Of a DNA stretch of 64,000 nt, positions 8,949-19,147 are shown piece by piece. This DNA is from Minisyncoccota bacterium (lineage in GTDB: Bacteria > Patescibacteriota > Minisyncoccia > Phycocordibacterales > CAJBRS01). The stretch is taken from positions 21,654-85,653 of the forward strand of contig JADGRH010000002.1 in NCBI GenBank assembly GCA_017881075.1, written 5' to 3'. Every line of letters starts with the position of its first letter. The first letter of the stretch is position 1. The translations under genes were made by a program, and so were the position numbers. The notes beneath the pieces are model-generated. The model saw nothing but the letters and a program-made list of their open reading frames with translations, made no database searches and was not told the origin of the DNA.

Positions 8949-10001
8949 ATGTTAGAGCTTTTAATTAGTGTTTTAATACTCATTGGGATTGTTACTGCGG
9001 TCCTTTTATTTAGACAACAGAAAGGAACTCCGATGGCTCCCGACGACAAAAGCCTCGGTCTTCTATTACAGCAAATGAACGAGCTCCGCCGAACCGTGGA
9101 TGAAAAAATAGGGGAGGCTGGCAAGATGATGAATGAGTCGGTAAAGACACAGTTCAGCGAATCGGCGAAGCTGATTCGCGACGTTACTCAAGGCCTTACC
9201 AAACTCGATGAGACCAACCGTCAGGTTGTTTCCTTTGCCGACCAGCTCCAATCTCTCCAAGATATTTTGAAAAATCCGAAACAGCGTGGAGTACTTGGCG
9301 AATACTATTTAGAAACTTTGCTGAAAAATGTCATGCCGCCGGACTCATATCAAATGCAGTATGCTTTCAAGGACGGTACGATCGTTGACGCCGCTGTTTT
9401 TGTAAAAGACAAGATCATCCCCGTTGATTCAAAATTCTCATTGGAAAATTATAACCGCATGGTGGAAGAGAAAAATGAGACGGAAAAAATTCGATTGGAA
9501 AAGCTGTTTGTCAGTGACCTAAAATTTCGCATCCAGGAAACTGCCCAATACATCAAACCGGCGGAAAATACCATGGATTTTGCTTTCATGTTCATTCCTC
9601 ATGAGGCTATTTACTATGATCTGCTCGTAAATAAGATTGGCGCTTTGAATACCGAAGACACTGAAAATCTAATCCAGCGGGCAGCAAATAAATATCGCGT
9701 ATTAATTGTTTCTCCGACCTCCTTTTTGGCCTATCTACAAACGGTGATGCAGGGATTAAAAGCTCTTAAGATTGAGGAAACGGCCAAAGACATTATTAAA
9801 AGGGTAGGGGAGTTAGGAAAGCACCTGAAAAGTTATGAAGAGTACCATAGCAAGCTTCGTAATTCTCTCTCAACTACTGTCAATCATTTCAATGCCTCCA
9901 GTCAGGAATTCAAGAAAATTGATAAGGACGTGATGCGTATCAGTGGTATCTCCAATGAAATTGAGACGGTGGCTGTAGAAAGGCCTCTGATTGAAGAATA
10001 A
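8949..10001 (+). CDS. rmuC: DNA recombination protein RmuC-like
   Basis: N-terminal TM, long coiled coil, C-terminal FMFIPHEAIYYDLL nuclease-like region; start moved to the second Met so it does not overlap the repeat element. Confidence 0.55.
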   Translation: MLELLISVLILIGIVTAVLLFRQQKGTPMAPDDKSLGLLLQQMNELRRTVDEKIGEAGKMMNESVKTQFSESAKLIRDVTQGLTKLDETNRQVVSFADQLQSLQDILKNPKQRGVLGEYYLETLLKNVMPPDSYQMQYAFKDGTIVDAAVFVKDKIIPVDSKFSLENYNRMVEEKNETEKIRLEKLFVSDLKFRIQETAQYIKPAENTMDFAFMFIPHEAIYYDLLVNKIGALNTEDTENLIQRAANKYRVLIVSPTSFLAYLQTVMQGLKALKIEETAKDIIKRVGELGKHLKSYEEYHSKLRNSLSTTVNHFNASSQEFKKIDKDVMRISGISNEIETVAVERPLIEE

Positions 10002-10028
10002 AAAAGCCCCCTACAGAAAATAGCGGGC

Positions 10029-10481
10029 TTAATCTACGTCTCCCTCCTGTACCAATTGATCATACAGAAACTGGCAAAAGAGAGGGTACCTGTTCACAAA
10101 ATGTTCGCTGGCTTTGGTAACTCCACTTTCAAGAGCCCGGATCTCTTTTTCTGGCCGGCAGGTTTCTTTTGAAGGTTCAGTAAAGTAACCACTGTCATCA
10201 AAAGCGCAATGAAAAATTTCATGAATCATCGTAACACACCGATCTCGAGGAGTCTCATTCGGATAGGGATGTTCTGGTTCAGGTTTTCGAATGTATACTA
10301 CCCATCCTCCATTGGGACGAATATTTAGCTCCCGACTAATTTTTGCCAAGCCCCCGTCAACTAAAAGGGGACGGCATCGAAAGATGAGACCGTAATCCCT
10401 GATAAGGATCAGGATATATTCAGGAGTGACGTTAAGAAGCTTTTTGCCGATGAGTCGGATCAACTTGATTTTGTATTCCAT
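10029..10481 (-). CDS. hypothetical protein with an HExxH (HEIFH) metallopeptidase-like motif
   Basis: 150-aa ORF; motif only. Confidence 0.35.
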   Translation of the reverse strand: MEYKIKLIRLIGKKLLNVTPEYILILIRDYGLIFRCRPLLVDGGLAKISRELNIRPNGGWVVYIRKPEPEHPYPNETPRDRCVTMIHEIFHCAFDDSGYFTEPSKETCRPEKEIRALESGVTKASEHFVNRYPLFCQFLYDQLVQEGDVD

Positions 10482-10578
10482 TTTTCTCGGTTATCTAAAA
10501 TTTACCTTAGCAGAAAACATCCGATTGTCTATGTATATTGCAATTTATTAATATCTGGGTAGAATATGAAAACCTATT

Positions 10579-10944
10579 ATGCCAACCAAAAAGACCACAA
10601 AAAGTAAGAAAGCAGAGGTAAATTCAAATGAATTTGCCATTATTGCCACTGGGGGAAAGCAATACAGGGTGGCGGTTGGAGATGTCCTAAAAATTGAAAA
10701 GATTAAGGGTGACCACAAGAAAGGAGACAAGATTACTTTTGACAAGGTTCTTCTGGTAGATAACGGTTCTGACACCACCATTGGTACTCCTTACATTGAT
10801 GGTGCGGCAGTGGTAGCCACACTCGAAGAAGAAGGGAGAAACAAGAAAATTACTGTCATCAAATACAAACAAAAGAGCCGTTACTTCAAAAAGAATGGGC
10901 ATAGGCAGCCTTACTTCAAAGTTAAAATAGAAGCATTAAAATAA
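10579..10944 (+). CDS. rplU: 50S ribosomal protein L21 with an N-terminal lysine-rich extension
   Basis: FAIIATGGKQYRV...GHRQPYFKVKI matches L21 signatures. Confidence 0.8.
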   Translation: MPTKKTTKSKKAEVNSNEFAIIATGGKQYRVAVGDVLKIEKIKGDHKKGDKITFDKVLLVDNGSDTTIGTPYIDGAAVVATLEEEGRNKKITVIKYKQKSRYFKKNGHRQPYFKVKIEALK

Positions 10945-10956
10945 AGTCGTCTTTAA

Positions 10957-11577
10957 TCAAGCGCGGTTTTTCCAGGCGTTTTTAATTGTTTCGGTGTCGG
11001 AGTATTCGAGCTCGGTGCCGGTAGAAAGGCCGCGGCCGAGAGTGGAAAGTTTTAGGGAATGTTTTTTAATTTCTGGTCTTAAGATTGACTCCAAATACTC
11101 CCGAGTATTTTCTCCTTCGGGATTTAAATTCATAGCCAAAATTATTTCTTTCAAACCATCATTCTTTGCTCGTTTAGTAATGGTCTCCATCAATTCCTTT
11201 TGTCGGATCTTTGTGGCCGGACTTTTTTCTAATATCGGCACTGAACCGCCGATAACAAAATAGAGTCCAGTATAAACATGAGCTTTTTCAATATTCTCCA
11301 AGTCAATGTCTTTGCTGACAATGGTAAGCTCTGTTTTGTCACGTCCGTCATCGCGACAGATAGGACAAAGGGTTGTGGGGGTTTTGTCTTTGGGAAAAAA
11401 ACGAAAACAGGACTGACAGATGGTGGTGCTGCCCTTCAGTTCGTTCAGAAGGAAGGTAAGATTTTTTAGATAACCTGTTTGTCGGGTAAGGAGAAAGTAA
11501 ACAAAACGTCGCGCCTGGCGAGGGCCGATGCCGGGGAACTCAGAAAATATTTCGGTCAGTTTGCGAATAGGATCCAT
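10957..11577 (-). CDS. recR: recombination protein RecR
   Basis: FPGIGPRQARRF helix-hairpin-helix; C4 zinc finger (CQSC...CPIC); Toprim region. Confidence 0.85.
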   Translation of the reverse strand: MDPIRKLTEIFSEFPGIGPRQARRFVYFLLTRQTGYLKNLTFLLNELKGSTTICQSCFRFFPKDKTPTTLCPICRDDGRDKTELTIVSKDIDLENIEKAHVYTGLYFVIGGSVPILEKSPATKIRQKELMETITKRAKNDGLKEIILAMNLNPEGENTREYLESILRPEIKKHSLKLSTLGRGLSTGTELEYSDTETIKNAWKNRA

Positions 11578-12962
11578 TAGAATGAAGCGGGAGTAGCGTT
11601 ATCAAAATCGCCGAAATCACTTTTATCGATACTGAGGAAGGTGGCATGCTTCTCGTCAAAATAAAGTTCGATCTTGCCGGTAGGACCATTTCGATGTTTT
11701 TCGATTAATATCTCAGCAATATTTGGTTTGGTAGAATTCTCATTATATTTATCCTCGCGATGAATGAACATCACCACATCGGCATCTTGTTCAATAGAAC
11801 CAGAATCTCGAAGATCTGAAAGTCGCGGTTTGCCACCACGCGACTCCACTGCTCGGTTCAATTGGGATAGGGCCAAGACTGGCACATCCAACTCGCGCGC
11901 CAAATTTTTAAGGGCGCGTGAGATTTCCGTCACCTGCTGAACCATACTGTCATAATTCCTGTTTCCAGGCGGTAACATCAATTGTAGATAGTCCACAATA
12001 ATTAATCCCAAACCTCTTTCTGCTTTCAATTTTCTGGCTACTGAACGCATTTTTAGAATATTGTTTCCCGGCTGATCATCCACAAAGATTGGAGCTTTGG
12101 AGAGAGGATCAAGAGAATCTCTGATTTTGTCAAACTCGCTGTCAAGGGAGAGTTTGCCCGTTCGCAGTTTCCAAGCGTCCACCCGCGATTGCGAGGCCAA
12201 CATGCGATCTACCAGCTGCTGTGAACTCATTTCCAAGGAAAAAATACCCACAGGGATGTTGTGGCCAATAGCCGCCTGGCGGGCAATATCAAGAGCAAGG
12301 GAAGTTTTCCCCATGGAGGGTCGGGCGGCCAGAATTATTAGGTCGGATTTTTGCAGTCCGGCCAAACGATTATCCAAATCTCGAAAACCTGTTGGTACTC
12401 CGCGAATTTCATCTTTTGATTTATGTAGCCTATCCAATCGTTCCCAGGCTTCGCCGAGAGCGTCTTTCAGTTCAATGAATTTATGGACTCCGGAATTGTT
12501 TGTAACATCGTAAATTCTTTTTTCCGCTTTATCCAAAATGTCATCGAGTTCTGCCGCTTCATCAAAACCAAGGTTGGAGATGAACTCCGAGGCCTCGATC
12601 AAATTTCGCATCATGTATTTTTTGTGAACGATCTCGGCGTAATGCTTGATGTTGGCCGAAGAGGGGACGATGTGAACGAGTTCCGTTAAATAACTGGCGC
12701 CACCAGCTTGTTCCAACATCCCTTTTTCTTTTAATCGAGAAGGTAAAGAAAGCAAATCAATCGGTTGGTTTTTACTGAAAAGTTCAAGCATGGCCTGAAA
12801 GATCAACCGATGCCGTTCGCTGTAAAAACCGGGAGCGGAAACAATATCAATAATCTCATGAATGGCTTCGGGCCGAAGCATGATGGAGCCGAGCAGGGCT
12901 TTTTCCGAATCAAGATTTTGAGGAGGAATGCGTAGTTTTGGTTTTTTAACAGTGGTCGCCAT
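11577..12962 (-). CDS. dnaB: replicative DNA helicase DnaB
   Basis: 461 aa; Walker A ARPSMGKTSLAL; DnaB N- and C-domain motifs. Confidence 0.9.
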   Translation of the reverse strand: MATTVKKPKLRIPPQNLDSEKALLGSIMLRPEAIHEIIDIVSAPGFYSERHRLIFQAMLELFSKNQPIDLLSLPSRLKEKGMLEQAGGASYLTELVHIVPSSANIKHYAEIVHKKYMMRNLIEASEFISNLGFDEAAELDDILDKAEKRIYDVTNNSGVHKFIELKDALGEAWERLDRLHKSKDEIRGVPTGFRDLDNRLAGLQKSDLIILAARPSMGKTSLALDIARQAAIGHNIPVGIFSLEMSSQQLVDRMLASQSRVDAWKLRTGKLSLDSEFDKIRDSLDPLSKAPIFVDDQPGNNILKMRSVARKLKAERGLGLIIVDYLQLMLPPGNRNYDSMVQQVTEISRALKNLARELDVPVLALSQLNRAVESRGGKPRLSDLRDSGSIEQDADVVMFIHREDKYNENSTKPNIAEILIEKHRNGPTGKIELYFDEKHATFLSIDKSDFGDFDNATPASF

Positions 12963-13071
12963 GGGGAGATTCTAGCACAATTTAAGGTCGGTTAAGAGAC
13001 CAGAAATCTGATAAAAGTGGGCACAAGGTGGGGATTTGGAAGCTTAGCTTCCAAAAAACATCTTTGCACAG

Positions 13072-13210
13072 CTGGTGTGGCCCGTATCGCTCCTGCCCGA
13101 CTTTCCTCCTCTGCTGACTCGGAAGAGTCGTTCACGAGCTCTCCGGGAACAACCTGGACGATTGGGTATTTCACAGCAGACCTATTGTGGTGCTGCTACT
13201 CCAGGTTCTA
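13072..13210 (+). repeat. 139-bp structured element, copy 2
   Basis: see copy 1; lies between the dnaB start and the cysS stop. Confidence 0.9.
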
Positions 13211-14609
13211 TTTGATAATCATTTCCCAAATCTTTAATTTCAAATCCAGCATCTAGGATCTTTTTTCGCAATTTATCAGCTTTTTCCCAATCCTTTTCTT
13301 TTCTGGCTTCTTCGCGTTCGTCGGCAAGTTTTGTAATTTCTGCAGGAATTTTGAAGTGAACGGGTTCCGCCAGTTTTTCTAAATCAAGACCGAGAACTCG
13401 GTCAAAATCTAAAATGGTGGCGCGTTTATCGGCGGGGGAGATACTCTCATCTTTTAATAAGTCCCAGACTAAGGCGAGAGCTTTGGGGGTATCCAGGTCG
13501 TCGTTGATAAAAGAGAGAAATTTTTGCTGGTGGCGAAGACTGATCATCCCTTGTCCCCGATCAGGATGAGCCACCCCGAGCAATTGCGAGGGGTAGCTTA
13601 TCTGACCCGCAAGTCGAGTCAGTGCCACTTGCGAGCCATTCAACGCTTCATAATTAAAATTGACCGGACTGCGATAATGCGAAGTCAGGAGCCAATAGCG
13701 ATAGGCGAGAGGACTGACACCTTTTTCTGTAATATCTTGCAGGCGCAAAAAGTTGCCTTGGGATTTTGCCATCTTACCTCCTTCTATAATAATGAAACCG
13801 TGGTGAAGCCAGTAATTTGCCAGAGGCTTTCCGGTGGCTGATTCGGATTGAGCAATCTCATTATTATGATGAATCGGAATATGATCCATTCCACCGGTAT
13901 GAATATCAAATGTCTCGCCAAGATATTTCATACTCATGGCCGAGCACTCAATGTGCCAACCAGGAAATCCTTTTCCCCACGGACTTTCCCAACCCAACTC
14001 CGAGCTGAACTTCCACAAAGCAAAATCTTCCGGATGCCGTTTCTCCGCATTGTGATGAATACGCGATTTCTCCACGTCGGTATCAGGAAAGACACCCCCC
14101 AACCTCCCATAATTTTTATCTTTTGAAGTATCAAAATAAACTCCGTCGGAAGTCGTATAAATAAAACCTTTTTCCTCCAGCTTTTTAATTAGGTCAATAT
14201 TGACATCAATATTCTCGCTAGCCTTCGGTAACATCGTCGGTTTTTCAATATTCAATTCGTCCAGGTTTTTCAAAAAAGCTTCAGTATAAAAATCAGCAAG
14301 ATGGCGCAAAGCTTCCATGGTCAACGGTTTGCCATCTCGTCTTAAAGCCGCCGTCATTTTGTCTTCTCCCTCGTCGGCGTCAGAACGCAAGTGGCCGATA
14401 TCGGTAATATTAATTACTTGAGTGACTTTAAATTGGTTATATTCCAAAGTTCGTCTTAAAACGTCGGCAAAAAGATATGATCGCAGATTACCGATATGAA
14501 CATAGTCATAAACAGTTGGCCCGCAATTATACATTTTGACCTCACCGTCTTTAATCGGTTTGAATATTTCTTTTTTACCAGAGAGAGTGTTGTGAAATCT
14601 AATTTCCAT
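13182..14609 (-). CDS. cysS: cysteine--tRNA ligase
   Basis: HIGN (class I HIGH) and KMAKSQGN (KMSKS) motifs; 475 aa. Confidence 0.9.
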   Translation of the reverse strand: MEIRFHNTLSGKKEIFKPIKDGEVKMYNCGPTVYDYVHIGNLRSYLFADVLRRTLEYNQFKVTQVINITDIGHLRSDADEGEDKMTAALRRDGKPLTMEALRHLADFYTEAFLKNLDELNIEKPTMLPKASENIDVNIDLIKKLEEKGFIYTTSDGVYFDTSKDKNYGRLGGVFPDTDVEKSRIHHNAEKRHPEDFALWKFSSELGWESPWGKGFPGWHIECSAMSMKYLGETFDIHTGGMDHIPIHHNNEIAQSESATGKPLANYWLHHGFIIIEGGKMAKSQGNFLRLQDITEKGVSPLAYRYWLLTSHYRSPVNFNYEALNGSQVALTRLAGQISYPSQLLGVAHPDRGQGMISLRHQQKFLSFINDDLDTPKALALVWDLLKDESISPADKRATILDFDRVLGLDLEKLAEPVHFKIPAEITKLADEREEARKEKDWEKADKLRKKILDAGFEIKDLGNDYQIEPGVAAPQ

Positions 14610-15521
14610 TTACAGCCACCTTTTATACTTAAAGAAGGAAAAAATCAATAGACCGAGAATCATCATGGAGCTGATGATAATCCAGAAACCATTCGGGTTA
14701 TTCATTAACGGCAGATAATTACTAGTCATACCAAAGATGGTACCAAGAAAGGAAAGAGGCAAGAAAATAAAAGCCATTATGGTAAGAGTTTTCATTACTT
14801 CGTTTTGCTTGGTGGTAAGGAGCGAATCGTTAGTCAGACGCAACTCCTCCAGGAATTCCTTGCTATTTTGTATTTCGCTGTGGACTTTATAGTATTCGCC
14901 GATAATAGACTGCAGATAATATTCAAAATCCGCTCCAAAGAATTTTTTACCGGCTATTGCCAAGGAATCCAGAACACTCTTGTGGGCACTGGTAGCTTCT
15001 TTGAAATCAAGCAGGGTGCGATTCAGTTGGGATAACTCAATGACCATTTTTCTCTCCTCTCCCCGGAAGATCTTATCCTCCGTTTCAGTCAGAGAACTTT
15101 TTATAGAATCAAGCTGATCAATCAGATGGCTATAGACGGTGCGGATCATGTAATAGAAGATAAAACCGGCATGATTCCCCATATTGCTTTTATCCAGAAT
15201 AGAGTTTACCTCAAAAACTTTAGAAAATTGATGAACTGGATCAATGGATTCATAACGAGAAGTGACTAGAAAATTCTGGCCTATAATAAAGTCAATCTCC
15301 TGATTTCTCTGCTCGGTGCCGTATTTGATAGTGGGGAAGTGGAGAATAAGATAGATGCAATTGGCATATAAATCTACTTTCGGTTTAAGACTCGGTACTA
15401 AAAGTTCTTCGGCCACCACAGGGTCAATGTTATATTCCTCCATTACTTGTCGGACCTCATTGTGAGTGGGGGATTCCAGATCTACCCAAACCAGGTCCTT
15501 GTATTCATATTTCTTAATCAT
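14610..15521 (-). CDS. CorA-family divalent cation transporter-like protein
   Basis: two C-terminal TM helices with FLPL...GMT(S)N (GMN-like) motif; start taken at MIKKYEY. Confidence 0.55.
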   Translation of the reverse strand: MIKKYEYKDLVWVDLESPTHNEVRQVMEEYNIDPVVAEELLVPSLKPKVDLYANCIYLILHFPTIKYGTEQRNQEIDFIIGQNFLVTSRYESIDPVHQFSKVFEVNSILDKSNMGNHAGFIFYYMIRTVYSHLIDQLDSIKSSLTETEDKIFRGEERKMVIELSQLNRTLLDFKEATSAHKSVLDSLAIAGKKFFGADFEYYLQSIIGEYYKVHSEIQNSKEFLEELRLTNDSLLTTKQNEVMKTLTIMAFIFLPLSFLGTIFGMTSNYLPLMNNPNGFWIIISSMMILGLLIFSFFKYKRWL

Positions 15522-15586
15522 GAAAATATTATAACATAACACTTGCTCGCCAATAGCTCTCGTGAGATAATCTTTAATAATTCCTC

Positions 15587-16810
15587 ATGAATTCCGGTAA
15601 AAAAATTATCCCCGTTGTTATTGCCGTCCTCCTCCTGGGGGGCGCCTTTTTTCTGGGTATGTCGGTTGGGGTTAGTGCTCATCCGGCCATTCAAGACGTC
15701 ACCACCCTCTCCGGCAAAGAAACTGGCCAGCTGGCCACAGTTGATTTTTCTCCATTTTGGAAAGCCTGGAGTCTGATTAATGAGAAATATGTTGCCACTC
15801 ATTCTACCTCGACCGCTAGCGATCAGGAGAGGGTTTACGGGGCTATTAAAGGAATGGTGGATGCCTTGGGCGATCCTTACACCACTTTTTTTCCACCCGC
15901 CGACTCGGAAATTTTTCAGAGCGAGATAAGCGGTAATTTTGAAGGTGTCGGGATGGAAGTGGGGGAGAAGGATGGCGTTCTCGTCGTCATCGCTGCCCTG
16001 AAAAACACTCCAGCCGAGCGAGCCGGTATACAACCTGGGGATAAAATTCTGAAGATCAGTGACACCTCAACAGCTAATCTCAATGTGGACGAGGCGGTCA
16101 AAGTTATTCGTGGTAAGAAAGGCACTCCCGTCACCTTTACTATCTTGCGCGATCCGGTCAAAGATCCTTTTACGGTCAGCGTTATTCGTGACGTTATTAA
16201 TATACCGACTATTGATACAAAACTCCGACCGGATGGTGTTTTTGTAATTCAACTGTACAACTTCTCTGCTACCTCGCCCGATCTTTTCCGCAGTGCTTTG
16301 CGTCAATTTGTTAATTCTCATTCAGACAAATTAATTCTGGATCTGCGCGGCAATCCGGGTGGTTACTTGGAGGCGGCCGTAGATATGGCTAGTTGGTTTT
16401 TGCCAACCGGAAGTGTAGTGGTGACTGAAGATTATGGTAAAGGTAAAGATCAACAAATTTCTCGAAGTCGTGGATACAACATTTTCAATAAAGACTTAAA
16501 GATGGTCGTTTTGATCAATGGTGGATCGGCCTCCGCTTCGGAGATTTTAGCCGGTGCCTTAAGTGAACACGGCGTAGCCAAACTAGTAGGTCAGCAAAGC
16601 TTTGGTAAAGGCTCGGTTCAGGAATTGATCAATTTGACTCCTGACACTGCTCTCAAGGTGACTGTGGCGCGTTGGCTTACTCCAAACGGCAAATCCATTT
16701 CAAATGGGGGCCTTACTCCAGATGTTGAAGTAAAAATGACGGCGGAGGATGTCACGACCGGCAAAGATCCGCAAATGGAGGCGGCTGCAAATCTATTGCT
16801 AGGCAAGTGA
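15587..16810 (+). CDS. ctpA: carboxyl-terminal processing protease (S41, PDZ-containing)
   Basis: GNPGGYL and SASASEI S41 motifs, PDZ region, N-terminal TM. Confidence 0.8.
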   Translation: MNSGKKIIPVVIAVLLLGGAFFLGMSVGVSAHPAIQDVTTLSGKETGQLATVDFSPFWKAWSLINEKYVATHSTSTASDQERVYGAIKGMVDALGDPYTTFFPPADSEIFQSEISGNFEGVGMEVGEKDGVLVVIAALKNTPAERAGIQPGDKILKISDTSTANLNVDEAVKVIRGKKGTPVTFTILRDPVKDPFTVSVIRDVINIPTIDTKLRPDGVFVIQLYNFSATSPDLFRSALRQFVNSHSDKLILDLRGNPGGYLEAAVDMASWFLPTGSVVVTEDYGKGKDQQISRSRGYNIFNKDLKMVVLINGGSASASEILAGALSEHGVAKLVGQQSFGKGSVQELINLTPDTALKVTVARWLTPNGKSISNGGLTPDVEVKMTAEDVTTGKDPQMEAAANLLLGK

Positions 16811-16818
16811 AAAGAACG

Positions 16819-16895
16819 CGAAACCTACAACTTTTTTAGAGACTAAGACTTGGGCAAACGCCCCGGAGTGGTCTCTAAAAAAGTTCGTAGGTGAG
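16819..16895 (+). repeat. 77-nt extended-hairpin element, copy A; directly follows the ctpA stop
   Basis: CUUUUUUAGAGAC / GUCUCUAAAAAAG 12-13-bp stem plus outer ACCUAC/GUAGGU pairing and an inner GGGC-AAAC-GCCC mini-hairpin; identical to copy B. Confidence 0.85.
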
Positions 16896-16942
16896 AGTTC
16901 TTACTTGCCGGATCAATTTTAATAATTTATACTCCATAAATC

Positions 16943-17386
16943 ATGAAGGTTATATTTTTAAAAGATGTTGCCAATATTGCCAAGAAATATGAGGTAAAGA
17001 ACGTCTCGGACGGGCATGCTTTAAACCACCTTTTTCCTAATGGACTTGCTGAAATGGCTAACGATCAGACCTTAAAGAAGGTAGAAGAGATGAAAACCCA
17101 GCATGATCAGGAAAGAAAGATCCGTGAAGACTTATTAATGAAGAATCTAAATAATCTCTCTGGTATTCGCATTGAATTGAAAGAAGCTGCAAACGAGAAA
17201 GGTCACCTTTTTGCCGGCATTCACAAGCCGGAACTAGTTAAAGAAATCAAAAAACAAACTAATTTAGATGTAGATGAGGCTCATATTGATCTAGATCAAC
17301 CGATCAAAGCGGTGGGGGAATACGATATCAAAATAAAAGTTCAGGACAAAGAAGCCTCATTTAAATTGATTGTGGATAGTAAATAA
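16943..17386 (+). CDS. rplI: 50S ribosomal protein L9
   Basis: MKVIFLKDVANIAKKYEVKNVSDGHALNHLFPNGLA N-domain typical of L9. Confidence 0.85.
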   Translation: MKVIFLKDVANIAKKYEVKNVSDGHALNHLFPNGLAEMANDQTLKKVEEMKTQHDQERKIREDLLMKNLNNLSGIRIELKEAANEKGHLFAGIHKPELVKEIKKQTNLDVDEAHIDLDQPIKAVGEYDIKIKVQDKEASFKLIVDSK

Positions 17387-17391
17387 GACGG

Positions 17392-17468
17392 CGAAACCTA
17401 CAACTTTTTTAGAGACTAAGACTTGGGCAAACGCCCCGGAGTGGTCTCTAAAAAAGTTCGTAGGTGAG
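17392..17468 (+). repeat. 77-nt extended-hairpin element, copy B; directly follows the rplI stop and faces the rpmA stop
   Basis: identical to copy A. Confidence 0.85.
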
Positions 17469-17509
17469 CAGTTTTATTTACTCCTTAACTAATCTTTATA
17501 GAAAATTCA

Positions 17510-17782
17510 CTAGACAACGTTTACAATCTTGCGAACGGAGGTGGTATTGTCGTAGTTTTGCTTTCGTTTGTTTTTGAATTCCACCTTGCCGTTTTTGAGG
17601 GCAAAAAGAGTGTGGTCTTTACCAATGCCGACGTTCTTGCCAGGCATTACCTTAGTGCCCCTTTGGCGCACGATGATTGAACCGGTCTTAGCAACCTCGC
17701 CGTGGTAGAGCTTGACGCCCAGGAATTTTGGATTTGAGTCGGTCAGGTTTTTGGCTGATCCGCCCGCTTTTTTACTTGCCAT
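17510..17782 (-). CDS. rpmA: 50S ribosomal protein L27
   Basis: [16 protein letters not shown]...[10 protein letters not shown]...DHTLFAL conserved L27 blocks. Confidence 0.9.
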   Translation of the reverse strand: MASKKAGGSAKNLTDSNPKFLGVKLYHGEVAKTGSIIVRQRGTKVMPGKNVGIGKDHTLFALKNGKVEFKNKRKQNYDNTTSVRKIVNVV

Positions 17783-17797
17783 AGTTTCTACATAGTA

Positions 17798-18202
17798 ATG
17801 AAATTTCTTAAAAATGCAAATTTTAAACGGGGTCTTATTGTTAGCCTGATTATGATTCTCTCAGTCGGGGCTGCTTTTGGTCTGGGCCGATTATCAGTCT
17901 TGATGGGGGAGAAGGAGCCGATAGTGATTGAAGAGCCGCCGCCCTTGACGTCTTTGGCGGCGGCTCTTCCGACCACTACAACCCTTTCGGTCAAAACGAT
18001 TCCCGAAAAGATGCCGGAGCCGGAGGCTCCGGCACCTTCCGAACCCGTCGTCTTTGTTGCTTCGCGAACCGGCAAAAGTTACTACTTTCCTTGGTGTGGT
18101 ATAGTAAAACGCATCAAGAAGGAGAATCTGATAAGCTTTACAAGTAAAACCGAAGCGGAAAAAGCCGGGTACAGCCCCGGCAACTGCGCCGGGTTAAAAT
18201 AA
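17798..18202 (+). CDS. hypothetical secreted/membrane-anchored protein with a C-terminal Cys motif (YYFPWC...GNCAG)
   Basis: N-terminal TM, Pro/Ala-rich linker, C-terminal Cys-containing domain. Confidence 0.4.
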   Translation: MKFLKNANFKRGLIVSLIMILSVGAAFGLGRLSVLMGEKEPIVIEEPPPLTSLAAALPTTTTLSVKTIPEKMPEPEAPAPSEPVVFVASRTGKSYYFPWCGIVKRIKKENLISFTSKTEAEKAGYSPGNCAGLK

Positions 18203-18205
18203 TTT

Positions 18206-18796
18206 ATGATCGTCGTTGACGTCGAAACAACCGGTACAGAGCCGCACAAGCACTCCCTTTTAAGTATTGGGGCTCTTGATTTTGAACACCCGGAAAGGCA
18301 ATTCTACGAGGAGTGTCGTATTTGGGATGGGGCGCATGCTGAAGAGAAGGCTTTGGAGATCAATGGTTTTAGCAGAGCATCAATAATTGACCCCAACAAG
18401 AAGACCGATGGAGACATCGTTAAAGAATTTTTGAATTGGATAGGTCCGGAAGAGAGGATGTTGATAGGCCACAACGTTTCTTTTGACCGGGACTTTTTAA
18501 AATATACGGCCGAAAGATATCATCTGAACTGGCCGATCATCCATCGCACAATAGATCTCCACTCCATTTGTTATTTTCACATGGTGAGGAGGGGAGTGAA
18601 TATACCGAAAAATCGACATCATTTGGATATAAATTCCCGTACCGTTTCCATCTATGTTGGGATTCCCGAGGAACCGAACCCTCACAACGGCCTAAATGGA
18701 GCCAAATGGGAGGCCGAGGCCTTCTCAAGACTCCTTTACGACAAGCCACTTTTGACCGAATTTAAGGGATTTCCGATTCCTTGGCTACCATCCTGA
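18206..18796 (+). CDS. DEDDh 3'-5' exonuclease (DnaQ-like)
   Basis: VVDVETTG (Exo I), HNVSFDRDFL (Exo II), H/D Exo III region. Confidence 0.7.
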   Translation: MIVVDVETTGTEPHKHSLLSIGALDFEHPERQFYEECRIWDGAHAEEKALEINGFSRASIIDPNKKTDGDIVKEFLNWIGPEERMLIGHNVSFDRDFLKYTAERYHLNWPIIHRTIDLHSICYFHMVRRGVNIPKNRHHLDINSRTVSIYVGIPEEPNPHNGLNGAKWEAEAFSRLLYDKPLLTEFKGFPIPWLPS

Positions 18797-18899
18797 TTTT
18801 AGGCCATATTTTTGACAAATTGTAAAATGTTTATTGCTATAAAAACCATATAATAAGCCATATTTTCTTATTTTTCTATTTAAAATTATCCCCAGTTCG

Positions 18900-18928
18900 T
18901 TGACTTTGACGCTCCAAAATGATAGTAT
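18900..18928 (+). promoter_or_regulatory. sigma70-like promoter (TTGACT-17-TAGTAT) followed by the perfect palindrome CCAGAACATTATGTTCTGG (18936-18954)
   Basis: hexamers and spacing seen directly; the palindrome lies between the promoter and the downstream secreted lysozyme-like gene. Confidence 0.45.
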
Positions 18929-19147
18929 TAAAGCTCCAGAACATTATGTTCTGGCTTTTTTCTTCCTCCAGATCACGATCGATTAACAGCTAAAAAAAGG
19001 CTTATTTTACATTTAACCATCGGATTACTGACGTTTATTTCAAGTTTAGTCTCACCAACAGAAACCCACGCTACCACTATCGCCAAAGTTCCAGAGTCTG
19101 CGCCGAGCCAATACTCGGTTCTTCATCTTGATCAACTGCCGGTAAAA

